A stretch of 64,000 bases of DNA from Myxococcota bacterium. Its GTDB lineage: Bacteria > Myxococcota_A > UBA796 > CAJQPC01. The notes beneath the pieces were generated by a model. The model made no database searches. It saw nothing but the letters and a program-made list of their open reading frames with translations, and was not told the origin of the DNA. A program made the position numbers and the translations under genes. This document shows positions 7,672 to 17,591 of the stretch, one piece after another. Every line of letters starts with the position of its first letter. Position 1 is the stretch's first letter. The stretch spans positions 224,001 through 288,000 of the forward strand of contig JAZAMN010000024.1 of NCBI GenBank assembly GCA_036229005.1, given 5' to 3'.

Positions 7672-9831
7672 CTACTGGCCCCACTCGGTGGGCTCCGGGC
7701 TGCGCAGGAAGAGGAGATCCTGGGCTTCGGCGAGCTGCTCGTGGGTGATCCAGGCCTGCTCCAGGGGCTCTCCGTCCAGGATGACGCCGGCCAGGTAGTC
7801 GCCGCTGCCGACGCTGGCGATGCTGAGCTGGCCCACCCGCGCGGCGTCGAAGCGGGGGGTGGTCAGGGCGTAGGTGGTGCCGCCGTTCATGGGGTAGAGG
7901 CCCAGGGCGGTCCAGCAGAACCAGGCGCTCAGGGTGCCGCCGTCGTCGTTGCCGTCCAGACCGGCGGGGTCCAGGAAGTAGCGGTGGTCCTGGATCCAGC
8001 GCACCCACTGCTGGGTCAGGTCGGGGCGGCCCCAGAAGACAAAGAGCAGGCTGGCGTGCAGGTCCGGCTCGTTGCCGTGCCAGTAGTAGGGGTCGGGGAA
8101 GTCGGTGTCCTCGACGGCGGCGGAGAGCTCGAAGAGCTCCTGGAGGGCGGTGACGGCGGGCGCGTTTCCGCCGAAGGCCTCGGCCAGACCGGCGGGGTCG
8201 TGGGGGGCCAGCCAGGTGTACTGCCAGGTGTTGCCCTCGACGAACTCGTCCGGCCAGCCTTCTTCCCCCGGGGGCATCCAGCTCCCGTCGCTGTAGCGGC
8301 CAGTGGCCTGCTGGGTCTCGATGTTGTGGACCTGCTGGAAGGCCTTGGCGCGCTCCAGGAGCTCGGTGGACTCGGGGGCGCCCTGGAGCTCGGCCCAGAG
8401 GCCGATGGCGTGGTCCGCGATGGCCATCTCCTGGGTCTTGGAGACGCTGCCACCGTCCACGTCGGCGGGCAGGTAGCCGCTGTCCATGTAGGCCTGGAGG
8501 CTGTGGCGGGTGCTCAGGGGAAGATCGGGGTTGAACGCCGACTCCAGGGCGAGCTCGAAGGCCTGCTGGTCGCCGGGGAAGGGGCCGATCTTGAGGGCGG
8601 TCTCGGCCATGACGATCTCGAGCGGGCTGCCCACCATCGAGCCGGACTCAGTGGTGCCGGCGGGCCAGCGGGGGTGCGCGCCGCGCTGCTGTCCCATGGC
8701 CGAGATGGAGGCCGCCAGGTCCACGGCCAGCTCGGGGTAGACCCAGATCACCCAGGGGTGGAGGGTGCGGTAGGTGTCCCAGCCGGAGAAGTCGGAGTGG
8801 TAGGTGAAGCCCTCGGCGCTGTGGACCTGCCCGTCGATTCCTCGGTAGCGCCCGTCGGCTTCCGTCATGTCGGTGGGCATGGACAGAGAGTGGTAGGTCG
8901 CGGAGGCGAAGATGCCCAGCAGCTCCTCGTCCCCCCCGGAGACCTGCACGGCGCCCAGGGCGGCTTGCCAGTCGGCGGTGGCCTCGCTGCGGATCTGCTC
9001 CAGGCTGCGGTCCTGAGCCAGAGCGAGGTTGGCGCGGGCGGACTCCAGGTCCACCACGGAGAGGCCGACGGCAAGCTCCACGTCCTGGTCAAAGCGCAGG
9101 TTCAGCAGGCCGGGGCCGTCCACGCTGTCGCCCTCTGCGGTCTCGCCGTCCAGGCTCAGGATGGACTCCGCGGGGGGCTGGGAGAAGGAGAGGGCAAAGT
9201 GGATGGGCATGCCGCCGTCCCCACCTCTACGGGTGAGTGAGCCCGCGAGCCTGAGCCAGCCCTCCGCCCCAGTCGAGGTCACCGTGAGGCCGCCCTCGGG
9301 GATCTCGACCTCGTTGTTGGCGGTGTGGCCCAGGTCGATCTTGAGCCAGCGCTGCTCGCCCTCCCACTGGTAGGCGTGTCGGGCGTATTTGGGGCCGGCG
9401 GCGATCTCGACCTGGCCGAGGTCCTGGATGCCCAGGCGGTAGTAGCCGGGCTCGGCGGTCTCGTCGTCGTGGCTGTAGGGGCGGCGGTCCTGCTGCCAGT
9501 CGCCGGTCATGGGGGCGTCGGAGAGCATGACCCCCAGGGCGCCGCCGTCGCCCACGCCGATGCCAGGCAGGCGGTAGTGGGAGAAGCCGGTGACGTAGCT
9601 GTCGTCGTAGTCGTAGCCAGCGGTGTGCTGGAAGCCGATGCGGCTGCTCTCGGAGCTGGTGTCCGGGCCCACCTTGGCCAGGCCGTTGGGCACCTGGGCG
9701 GCGGGGTTCAGGCCGCCGTACCCGAAGGCGTCGCCGCCGCTGCCCACGAAGGGGTCCACGTAGGGGAGCAGGTCGACGGGGGTGAAGGGGGTGGGGTCGG
9801 AGGCGGCGCAGGCCAGCAGAGACAGCAGCAT
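7672..9831 (-). CDS. GH92 alpha-1,2-mannosidase family lipoprotein
   Basis: YVDPFVGS, FSGWDTYRTLHP, FVEGNTWQYTW, HGNEPDLH, GNDDGGTLSAW; lipobox LLAC. Confidence 0.9.
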   Translation of the reverse strand: MLLSLLACAASDPTPFTPVDLLPYVDPFVGSGGDAFGYGGLNPAAQVPNGLAKVGPDTSSESSRIGFQHTAGYDYDDSYVTGFSHYRLPGIGVGDGGALGVMLSDAPMTGDWQQDRRPYSHDDETAEPGYYRLGIQDLGQVEIAAGPKYARHAYQWEGEQRWLKIDLGHTANNEVEIPEGGLTVTSTGAEGWLRLAGSLTRRGGDGGMPIHFALSFSQPPAESILSLDGETAEGDSVDGPGLLNLRFDQDVELAVGLSVVDLESARANLALAQDRSLEQIRSEATADWQAALGAVQVSGGDEELLGIFASATYHSLSMPTDMTEADGRYRGIDGQVHSAEGFTYHSDFSGWDTYRTLHPWVIWVYPELAVDLAASISAMGQQRGAHPRWPAGTTESGSMVGSPLEIVMAETALKIGPFPGDQQAFELALESAFNPDLPLSTRHSLQAYMDSGYLPADVDGGSVSKTQEMAIADHAIGLWAELQGAPESTELLERAKAFQQVHNIETQQATGRYSDGSWMPPGEEGWPDEFVEGNTWQYTWLAPHDPAGLAEAFGGNAPAVTALQELFELSAAVEDTDFPDPYYWHGNEPDLHASLLFVFWGRPDLTQQWVRWIQDHRYFLDPAGLDGNDDGGTLSAWFCWTALGLYPMNGGTTYALTTPRFDAARVGQLSIASVGSGDYLAGVILDGEPLEQAWITHEQLAEAQDLLFLRSPEPTEWGQ

Positions 9832-9840
9832 GGCCCCCCC

Positions 9841-10389
9841 TTATTCCGGCGGGGCGATGTCGCCGTTGGAGGCGCTGGCCCAGCTCTGGGGGGCCGGGCG
9901 GAGCAGCACGCTGTCCTGGCCGCGGTGGCGCTGGAAGCCCTGGCCCTGCTCGCCGCCGGAGGGGCCGAAGGTCAGGTCCCAGAGCAGCTCGACCCGCAGG
10001 CCGTCATCGGTGGGGGTGGGCTCGGAGAGGACCTCGAGCCAGCCCATCTCGAGCTCGGAGGGCTGGGGCTGCTGCCCGTCGGCGCTGGGGTCGTGCTCGG
10101 CCAGGCCGTCCAGGTCGCGGATGGTGGCGCCGTCGATCAGCGCGTCGCTGTGGAAGACCACCTTGGCGCTGGGGGCCAGGCGCGCGACGAAGCGGTCGTA
10201 GACGGCGTCTTTGGGATCCCCGGGGGCCAGGTGCAGGGTGATGTAGCCGACGTCGTCCCAGGTGGCGCCGGAGCTGCCGATGTCGGCGCCGCAGCGCTCG
10301 GCCATCATCCAGTGGCCCCTGCCCTCCACGTAGTAGGCGGACTCGCCGCAGTTGGAGGCGCAGGCGGTGAGCAGGGTCAGGAGCAACAT
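9841..10389 (-). CDS. Hypothetical lipoprotein
   Basis: MLLLTLLTAC lipobox; coding-like codon bias; first gene of the unit with GH92. Confidence 0.65.
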   Translation of the reverse strand: MLLLTLLTACASNCGESAYYVEGRGHWMMAERCGADIGSSGATWDDVGYITLHLAPGDPKDAVYDRFVARLAPSAKVVFHSDALIDGATIRDLDGLAEHDPSADGQQPQPSELEMGWLEVLSEPTPTDDGLRVELLWDLTFGPSGGEQGQGFQRHRGQDSVLLRPAPQSWASASNGDIAPPE

Positions 10390-10445
10390 GGCGTCGAATA
10401 TAGCCCATGCTGTGCAGGTACATTCGGCGCTTTGATGGAGTCCCC

Positions 10446-11714
10446 TTGCTTTCGATCTGGCTGTCCCTGCTCGCCTGTTCGGGCCCCGATTCGCCCAAGC
10501 GCTGGCTGCGCTTCGAGCCCTTTGGCCTGCCGGGGGAGGCGGGCCTGGAGGAGGGCCTGATCCCCTCGCGCTACTGCGGGGACGGCGGCTTCATGAGCCC
10601 TGGGGACCGGCTGTGGACGGCGGAGGGCGAGGAGCTCCCCCTGCAGGAGGAGACCCCCAAGAACGGGGTGACCGGGGAGACCGGGCCGGTGAGCTGCGTG
10701 GGGGATCGGCGCTTCACCGCGGCCCCGGACCGCATGGGCGCCTACGTCTCGGAGGCCGGGGGGCCCTGGGAGCTGCTGCCGCTGCCGGCGGAGGACGTGA
10801 CCGCGTCCAGCCTGGTCTCGGACAGCGAGGGGGTGCTGTGGCGCACGCTCTACGCCCACAACGACGCCCGGCCGGTCACCGTGGAGCGCTCCGACGACGG
10901 CGGCGTGAGCTGGGAGGGCACGGCCATCGCGCCGGTGAACGCGGAGGGCAGCGCCGAGGACGCGCGGCTCTACCACGCCGAGGGCTTCCTGGAGATGTCG
11001 GTGTTCGAGCTGAGCGCGGAGCGGAACGGGCGCATGCGGGTGAAGGCGGACGGCAGCGAGAGCGTCCTGGGCATCAACGGGAGCATCGACTGGGACACCA
11101 CCGTGCCGCTGCCGCTGCGGGTGCTGGACGGCGAGAGCCTGAGCTGGGGCAGCGTGAACCCGCCGGAGGGCAGCCCCACCTGGCACCTGCCGACGATGTA
11201 CGTGGGCGGGGAGCCCTGGGATGCGGAGCACGAGGGGCTGGAGCCCGTCCTGCTGATCGGTCCCCAACTCTTTGGGCATGGCAACGGCGGGGCCACTCTG
11301 GAGCGGCTGATCGTCGACGACGAGGACCACCTGATCCTGCCCTCGCCGATCGGGCTGCTGCGCAGCACGACCCCCTGGACGGAGGACCTGCGGGACGAGG
11401 TGCTGCTGGACCGGAGCTGCGCGCTGCTGGAGACGCACCAGGAGGGCCTGGGGCACGCGGACGGGCCGCAGAGCGTGGAGGTCGAGAACCAGAGCGGGGG
11501 GCCGGTGATGCTGGCGACCTTCGCGGGGAACACGACCATGAACTGGGTGGGCGAGCAGGTGCTCGGGGACGACGGCGCGTACCGGCCGGGCACCCTGGAG
11601 GACGGGGAGACGTGGACCGTGGAGGCGGGTGGTCAGTACATCGTTGTCCTCGACGATGGGTTCCGGTGTCTGCAGGTGGTGGAGGGCGACCCGGGCCAGG
11701 TGGTGATCCAGTGA
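10446..11714 (+). CDS. Hypothetical lipoprotein with Asp-box (BNR) repeat, probable beta-propeller
   Basis: Lipobox LLAC; SDDGGVSW Asp-box; start uncertain (TTG 10446 or ATG 10407). Confidence 0.6.
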   Translation: MLSIWLSLLACSGPDSPKRWLRFEPFGLPGEAGLEEGLIPSRYCGDGGFMSPGDRLWTAEGEELPLQEETPKNGVTGETGPVSCVGDRRFTAAPDRMGAYVSEAGGPWELLPLPAEDVTASSLVSDSEGVLWRTLYAHNDARPVTVERSDDGGVSWEGTAIAPVNAEGSAEDARLYHAEGFLEMSVFELSAERNGRMRVKADGSESVLGINGSIDWDTTVPLPLRVLDGESLSWGSVNPPEGSPTWHLPTMYVGGEPWDAEHEGLEPVLLIGPQLFGHGNGGATLERLIVDDEDHLILPSPIGLLRSTTPWTEDLRDEVLLDRSCALLETHQEGLGHADGPQSVEVENQSGGPVMLATFAGNTTMNWVGEQVLGDDGAYRPGTLEDGETWTVEAGGQYIVVLDDGFRCLQVVEGDPGQVVIQ

Positions 11715-12037
11715 GCCCCGAGACGCTGCGGACCTCGCTCCTCTCCGCCCTCCGACCACGCAGCCTGGGGGAGCGGGCGATGCTCTTGAGCCTGGGGGGC
11801 TTCTCGGTTCCGCAGCTCCTGGAGCGGCTGCCCGATGAGCTGCAGCAGGCGCTGCTGGATGGGCATGTGGACAACCCGATCCTGGGCAAGCGGGCGGCGG
11901 TGGCGCGGGCGCTTCCGGTGCTGGAGGCGCTGGAGTCGGAGGGCCGGGTGGTGCGCTCCCAGGTGCGGATGAAGAACGCGCTGGTGGACACCTGGCGGCT
12001 GTCTGGGCGGGCGGCGCTCAAGGACCTCGCGCGCTGA
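11711..12037 (+). CDS. Small hypothetical protein, possible winged-helix
   Basis: GTGA overlap with upstream stop; LEALESEGRVVR...TWRL wing-like end. Confidence 0.5.
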   Translation: MSPETLRTSLLSALRPRSLGERAMLLSLGGFSVPQLLERLPDELQQALLDGHVDNPILGKRAAVARALPVLEALESEGRVVRSQVRMKNALVDTWRLSGRAALKDLAR

Positions 12038-12076
12038 GGGCGGGGGCTATAGGGTGGGGCATTGCCAAGGTGTCCC

Positions 12077-15000
12077 GTGCTGTTTTTGATGTTGGCCTGT
12101 CAGACCGACGCCGAGCCCCCTGTCATCGAGTCCGTCGCCCAGACGGGCAGCCGCTACCTGCCCGGGCTCAAGTGCCAGGCGCAGGTGGTGCGGACGGACG
12201 CGGACATCCCGCACATCTACGCGCAGGATCGGGAAGACCTGGCGCGGGTGATGGGCTTCGTGGCCGCGCAGGACCGCTACTTCGAGATCGACCTGGCCCG
12301 CCGGCTGGGGCTGGGGACGGTCTCGGAGCTGCTGGGCAACGACGCGCTGGAGACGGACATGGAGTCGCGCTCCAGCGGGATGACCCACGTGGCGGACCTG
12401 ATCGTGGCGAACCTGACGCCCGAGCAGGAGCTGATCTTTGATGCCTACGCGGAGGGGATCAACGCCTACATCCTGGCGGTCTCGGACGGGAGCATCGCGC
12501 CGCCCTCGGAGCTGGAGCTGGCCGGGCCGCTGCTGGGGGCCGAGAGCCCAACGGACCTGATGAAGCCCTTCGACCGCCGCGAGGTGGCCGGCGTGGCCGC
12601 GACCATCGTCTACAACCTGGGCTACGAGACGGGAGACGTGGGGCGCGCGGCGACCGAGGCTGCGCTGCCCAACATCTACGCGGGGGCAGCCCTCGAAGAC
12701 CTGCGCCAGGCGGGCGTCTACGAGGACATCTGGAGGCCGGTCGCGCCGCCCAAGCTGACCTCGTCGTCCGAGGGGGGCTGGGGGGGAGCCAAGGGGCCTC
12801 CGGGGCCGACGGCGGTGTCTACGGCGATGCGGGTGGAGCCCGCGATGCTGCAGCGGGCCATCGACAAGAGCGACGCGCTGCAGGATCGCCTGGGCCACGA
12901 CTGGAACATGGGCTTCGGGTCCAACGCCTGGGCGGTCTCCGGTGACGCGAGCACGGACGGACGCAGCCTGCTGGCGGGGGACGGGCACCTGGGCCTGGAG
13001 GTCCCGGGGCTGTTCTGGCAGGTGGGCCTGGACACGGAGCTGCTGGGCGGCGGGGACACGCACCAGCTCGGCCTCACCATCCCGGGCATGCCCTTCATGG
13101 CGGTGGGGACCAACGGGCAGGTGGCCTGGTCGCAGACGCAGCTCATGGGCGACATCACCGACTGGTACGTCGAGGAGCTGGAGCTGGATGCGAGCGGGGC
13201 GCCCTCGGCCACCCTGTTCCAGGGGAGCTGGGAGCCGGTGCAGGGCTTCGAGGAGTCCTTCGAGATCGCCGACATCCCCGTGCTGGGCAGCGAGGGCCGC
13301 AGCGAGAGTTGGGTGCGCTACACGACCTTTGACGGGCGCTGGATCGCCGAGGTGGAGGGCGTGGCCGTGTCCTCGGACCACACCCCGGAGGCCGGGCAGA
13401 CCGTGCTGATGCTGGGCGGGGACTTTGTGGTGCCCCAGGACATCGACGGGGACGGCAAGATCACGGCGCTGAGCTTTGACTACGCGGGCTTTGACGACGC
13501 GAACATCTTCCAGGCGCTGGACGGCTTCGGGCACTCGGCCGACGTGGACGACTTCCGCGAGGCCTCCCGGGGGCTGGTGGCCTACAGCCAGAACTTCACG
13601 GTGTCCGACAACAGCGGGTCGATCTACTACACCGGCTACCAGGCGGTGCCCTGCCGCGAGTACCTGGAGCGGGACAGCGACGGGAACTGGACGGCCGGCT
13701 CCAACCCCAGCCAGCTCCTGGACGGCACGCGCTACGGCGGCTTCACCATCCCGACCGAGGACGGCTGGGTGGTCGAGGGGGACAGCGACCCCTACCGCTG
13801 CGTGGTGCCGCTGGACGTGTACCCGCAGTCCAAGGACCCGGCCCAGGGCTACGTGCTGACGGCCAACAACGACCCCGGGAACATCTCGACGGACGACTCG
13901 TTGAGCAACGACCCCTGGTACATCGGCGGCCCCTGGATCGAGGGCTACCGCGCCGACCGCATCGACCGGGAGCTCTCGCGCATGGTGGCCGAGGACGCCG
14001 CGGACGTGGCGGGCATGCAGGCGCTGCAGGGGGACGTGGAGTCGGCGATGGGCGCGGCCTTCGGGCACGTGCTGCTGGAGGCGATCGAAGAGGCCCGTGC
14101 GCTCTACGCGATCGACACCGAGTACGCCCCGCACGAGGAGCGGCTGGTGGCCCTCTACGCCCAGGACATCGAGCGCATCGAGCAGTCCTACACGCTGCTG
14201 GAGGCCTGGGCCGAGGCCGGCCACCCGGCGCTGTCCGGGGTGGAGACCTTCTACCACCAGCCGATGGAGGGGGAGGCCGAGCTGGCCGCGGCGACCACCA
14301 TCCACAACGCGTGGTTCGCCTACTTCCAGGGCAAGGCGCTGGACGACGAGGGGCTGCCCGATGTCTGGGAGCCCACCGGTGGGACCGGCAAGACGCGCGC
14401 GCTGACCAAGATGGTCGACGGCCGGGGACCCGACAACCCGCTGGGCCTGGCGGCCTGGAACCCGGAGACCGGCGAGTCCGCCTTCTGGGACATCCTGGGC
14501 ACCGAGGAGATCGAGCGCAGCGAGGAGATCGCTCTGTTGGCCCTGCTGGACGCCTTCGCCTGGCTGGAGTCCGAGCCGGAGGAGCGGGAGCGCGGCGGCT
14601 ACGGCAGCCCGGACCCGGCGGACTGGATCTGGGGCCTCAAGCACGTGGTGCGCTTCGACTCCATCCTGGCCAGCTTCCTGGGCGACGACTTCGGCTTCTT
14701 GACCGAGCCCTTCTCGATCACCACCGACACGCTCCCGCTCGCCCAGAACCTGGACAAGGACGACCCCCGCGCGGACCTGATCGGCTTCCCGCGGCCGGGC
14801 GACACCTTCGCGGTGGACGCCGCCAACAACGGCTTCTCCACGGACAACTTCGACTACGGCTCCGGCCCGGTGTTCCGCATGGTCATCGCGCTCGGGCCTG
14901 ACTCGGTCGAGGTGCACAACATCCTGCCCGGCGGGCAGTCCGGGCTGGCCGAGGACCCCTACTTTGCCGACCAGGCGGCGCTCTGGCTGGGCAACGAGGC

Positions 15001-15097
15001 GCTGGACATCCCCTTCTTCCCGGCGGACGTGGCGGCCCAGGGCACCGGCCGCGAGCGCTTCCTGCCCACCCAGGGTGGCGTGGACTGTGTTCACTGA
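12077..15097 (+). CDS. Penicillin acylase (peptidase S45, Ntn-hydrolase) family lipoprotein
   Basis: IPHIYA, AQDRYFE, GSNAWAVSG (nucleophile Ser), DGHL, TANNDP, LPGGQSG; lipobox MLAC; alternative start TTG 12062. Confidence 0.9.
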   Translation: MLFLMLACQTDAEPPVIESVAQTGSRYLPGLKCQAQVVRTDADIPHIYAQDREDLARVMGFVAAQDRYFEIDLARRLGLGTVSELLGNDALETDMESRSSGMTHVADLIVANLTPEQELIFDAYAEGINAYILAVSDGSIAPPSELELAGPLLGAESPTDLMKPFDRREVAGVAATIVYNLGYETGDVGRAATEAALPNIYAGAALEDLRQAGVYEDIWRPVAPPKLTSSSEGGWGGAKGPPGPTAVSTAMRVEPAMLQRAIDKSDALQDRLGHDWNMGFGSNAWAVSGDASTDGRSLLAGDGHLGLEVPGLFWQVGLDTELLGGGDTHQLGLTIPGMPFMAVGTNGQVAWSQTQLMGDITDWYVEELELDASGAPSATLFQGSWEPVQGFEESFEIADIPVLGSEGRSESWVRYTTFDGRWIAEVEGVAVSSDHTPEAGQTVLMLGGDFVVPQDIDGDGKITALSFDYAGFDDANIFQALDGFGHSADVDDFREASRGLVAYSQNFTVSDNSGSIYYTGYQAVPCREYLERDSDGNWTAGSNPSQLLDGTRYGGFTIPTEDGWVVEGDSDPYRCVVPLDVYPQSKDPAQGYVLTANNDPGNISTDDSLSNDPWYIGGPWIEGYRADRIDRELSRMVAEDAADVAGMQALQGDVESAMGAAFGHVLLEAIEEARALYAIDTEYAPHEERLVALYAQDIERIEQSYTLLEAWAEAGHPALSGVETFYHQPMEGEAELAAATTIHNAWFAYFQGKALDDEGLPDVWEPTGGTGKTRALTKMVDGRGPDNPLGLAAWNPETGESAFWDILGTEEIERSEEIALLALLDAFAWLESEPEERERGGYGSPDPADWIWGLKHVVRFDSILASFLGDDFGFLTEPFSITTDTLPLAQNLDKDDPRADLIGFPRPGDTFAVDAANNGFSTDNFDYGSGPVFRMVIALGPDSVEVHNILPGGQSGLAEDPYFADQAALWLGNEALDIPFFPADVAAQGTGRERFLPTQGGVDCVH

Positions 15098-15968
15098 GTC
15101 TGGGTCCACTGAGTCTGGGCTCACTGAGTCTGGGCCCACTGAGTCTGGCGGGGTCGGTCGCCTGGCGCCGACGCCCTCGGGGCACCTCCACCTGGGGAAC
15201 GCGCTGGCCTTCGGGGCGGCGTGGATCCTGGCCCGGCAGACGGGCGCCGAGCTGTTGCTGCGCATCGAGGACCTGGACCGCGGGCGCTCGCGGCCGGAGA
15301 TCGCGGACGCCCAGCGCCGGGACCTGGAGTGGCTGGGCCTGCACTGGGACCGCGAGGTGCCCCCCCAGAGCCAGCGCAGCTACAGCGTCGCCGGCCTGCC
15401 CACCTACCTGTGCGACTGCTCCCGGAAGCAGCGCCTGGCCGGGGCCTGTCCCCACCGGGAGCACCCCGCGGAGCAGGGGGCCGTGCGCTTCGCGGCCAGC
15501 CGGGCGCCCACGGCGTTCGTGGATCAGGCCTTTGGGCCCCAGGCGGTGGTGGTCGAGTCCGACCCGGTGTTGATCCGACGCGGCGGGGAGCCCGGCTATC
15601 CGCTGGCTGTTGTGCAGGACGATGTCCTCGACGGTGTGACCCAGGTCGTCAGAGGCGCGGATCTGCTGGAGCCCACGGCGGTGCAGGTCCAGCTTTATCG
15701 GGCCCTGGATCGCCCCCTCCCGAGCTTCCTGCACAGCCCGCTGCTGCTGGGGCCGGATGGGCGCAAGCTCTCAAAGTCCCACGGGGCCAGCGAGCTCCGG
15801 TCTCTGCGGGAGAGGGGGGTGGAGCCCGCGCGGATCTGGGCCTTCCTCTTGCCATTGCTGGGCATCGCCGCGCCTCTGGAGCACGCCGTCCTCATCCCCG
15901 AGGACATGCTGCTGGGGCCCCACGCGGTGGACCCGGAGCGCCTGGAGCTGCTGGCCGCCCAGCGATGA
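15087..15968 (+). CDS. gluQ: Glutamyl-Q tRNA(Asp) synthetase
   Basis: RLAPTPSGHLHLGN (HIGH), LRIEDLD, CDCSRK, VVRGADL, KLSKS; no anticodon-binding domain. Confidence 0.85.
   Translation: MFTESGSTESGLTESGPTESGGVGRLAPTPSGHLHLGNALAFGAAWILARQTGAELLLRIEDLDRGRSRPEIADAQRRDLEWLGLHWDREVPPQSQRSYSVAGLPTYLCDCSRKQRLAGACPHREHPAEQGAVRFAASRAPTAFVDQAFGPQAVVVESDPVLIRRGGEPGYPLAVVQDDVLDGVTQVVRGADLLEPTAVQVQLYRALDRPLPSFLHSPLLLGPDGRKLSKSHGASELRSLRERGVEPARIWAFLLPLLGIAAPLEHAVLIPEDMLLGPHAVDPERLELLAAQR
15092..15151 (+). repeat. 4 x 15-bp tandem repeat CACTGAGTCTGGNNN
   Basis: Copies at 15092, 15107, 15122, 15137; encode TESGS/TESGL/TESGP/TESGG in the gluQ frame; first copy contains the acylase stop codon. Confidence 0.95.
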
Positions 15969-16013
15969 CGCTCCGTTGACGGCCCCGCGCGATGCTCTGC
16001 GTGGAGGTGAGCG

Positions 16014-17588
16014 ATGCTGCTGCTGCTCTGGATGGGCCTGGCGTGTGGGACGCGGGCTGCGGACTCGGGCGGGGGGCCCAGTGATGACACCCAGGACTCC
16101 GGGCTGAGCGGGGACACGGGCTGGGTGGAGACCGCCCTGGAGGACTCGTCGCTGGTGGGGGTCGGCGCCAAGGGGCCCTACGCCAAGGACGCGATCATCC
16201 GCGTCTTCAAGGTGGACGACCAGGGGGCGCTGACCACCGTGCGCCAGTTCGGCCGCACCAACAAGGACGGACGCCTGCTGCTGCCCCCGCTGCTGTTCGA
16301 CGGCTGGTGCGATGTGTCGGTGGAGGGCGCGGCCTTCGATGAGCTGGTCGGCGACGTGGACAAAGAGCAGGGCTGGGACCTGGGGGTGCTCGCTCAGGTC
16401 GACCGCTCCGACGGCCACAGCCGCATCGTCGCGAACGTGAACCTGCTGACCCACCTGCAGCGAGCGCGGGCGCGGACCCTGCTGCAGGCGAGCCCCGGGG
16501 ACTTTGATGCCGTGATGCTCCAGTCCCACGCGGAGCTCGCGGCGATCTGGCCCATCGCCCACGCGCCCTCACTGCTGAGCGTCACCGACAGCGGAGGAGA
16601 TGGTCTGAGCGCGGACAATGCGGTGCTGCTGTCGCTGTCCGTGGCCACGCTGCGGGCCGGCTTCGGACAGGCGGAGATCGATCTGCTCGCCGCGGACTTT
16701 GCCGACGATGGGCAGATCAACGGCGAGGCGGCGGGGCTGCTGGCGGCGCTGCGGGAGGCCACCCGGGAGACCGACTATGCGCTGGCGCGCGAGCACCTGT
16801 TGGACCGCTACGGGTCGGCGCCCCCCGCGCTCCCGGTGGAGACGCTGCGTTGGACCTACGGTGCCTGCTCCGGAGACGGCGAGCGAGAGGCGATCTGCCT
16901 GGGGACCAACAGCGACCTGCAGACCCGAATCGCCGCAAAGAGCTGGGGGGAGTTCAGCTTCCGTGCGCCGCACTCGGGGAGCTTCCTGGTCGTGGGCGCC
17001 TTCGGGAGCTTCAACAACTTCCACCGGTGGACGATGGTGGACGACAGCGGCGGCTTCGTGGCGACCGGGGTGTCCACCAGCAGCCACAGCGCGGTCACGG
17101 TGGGGCTGACCCCGGGCGACTGGACGGTGCTCAGCGCCTACAACGCCGGGGACAGCGAGACCTTCGTGGACCTGAGCCTGCACAGCGCGAGCGTCGGCAC
17201 CGCGGAGCACCCCGCGCCGCTGCTTGTGGGGGTGGCCCATGAAGGGAGTGTGGCCCTGGCGAACGCGGGCGGGGGTGGGGGGACCCGGAGCTACTACGTC
17301 GTGGACAGCTCGCAGCTCGCGCACGATGCGACGCTGAGGGTCACGGTCTCTGACGTGGCCAGCGATCTTCGGCTCACCGCCTACGCGGGGGACCACGGGA
17401 CCAACCCGCTGGAGGTCATCGGCGACAGCGAGGCCATGCTGGGCCTGGACGCCGGGACGGGCGGGGTGAGCTTGTCCGGGCTGGCCGTCGACCAGCGCGT
17501 CTACCTGGTCGTCGAGGCGCTGGACGGGGGCTTCGATCCCACGTCCAGCGTGCCTGGGCTGGTCGCCTACCGCATCAAGGCGGAGTGA
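16014..17588 (+). CDS. Hypothetical surface lipoprotein
   Basis: GGAGGT SD, lipobox GLAC; KGPY...NVNLLTHL...NAVLLSLS...DFADDG N-terminal domain, then beta-rich domains. Confidence 0.65.
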   Translation: MLLLLWMGLACGTRAADSGGGPSDDTQDSGLSGDTGWVETALEDSSLVGVGAKGPYAKDAIIRVFKVDDQGALTTVRQFGRTNKDGRLLLPPLLFDGWCDVSVEGAAFDELVGDVDKEQGWDLGVLAQVDRSDGHSRIVANVNLLTHLQRARARTLLQASPGDFDAVMLQSHAELAAIWPIAHAPSLLSVTDSGGDGLSADNAVLLSLSVATLRAGFGQAEIDLLAADFADDGQINGEAAGLLAALREATRETDYALAREHLLDRYGSAPPALPVETLRWTYGACSGDGEREAICLGTNSDLQTRIAAKSWGEFSFRAPHSGSFLVVGAFGSFNNFHRWTMVDDSGGFVATGVSTSSHSAVTVGLTPGDWTVLSAYNAGDSETFVDLSLHSASVGTAEHPAPLLVGVAHEGSVALANAGGGGGTRSYYVVDSSQLAHDATLRVTVSDVASDLRLTAYAGDHGTNPLEVIGDSEAMLGLDAGTGGVSLSGLAVDQRVYLVVEALDGGFDPTSSVPGLVAYRIKAE

Positions 17589-17591
17589 CGC

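Noticed and set aside
15092..15151. Short direct repeats as a possible CRISPR array
   Set aside because: 15-bp head-to-tail units with no spacers, in frame within a CDS; no cas genes
12047..15265. Very long antisense or alternative-frame ORFs (12047..15265 -, 6955..9240 +, 22241..24667 +, 32563..34932 +, 60982..63957 + and others)
   Set aside because: Shadow ORFs typical of high-GC DNA; they overlap genes with clear family motifs and have no recognisable motifs of their own
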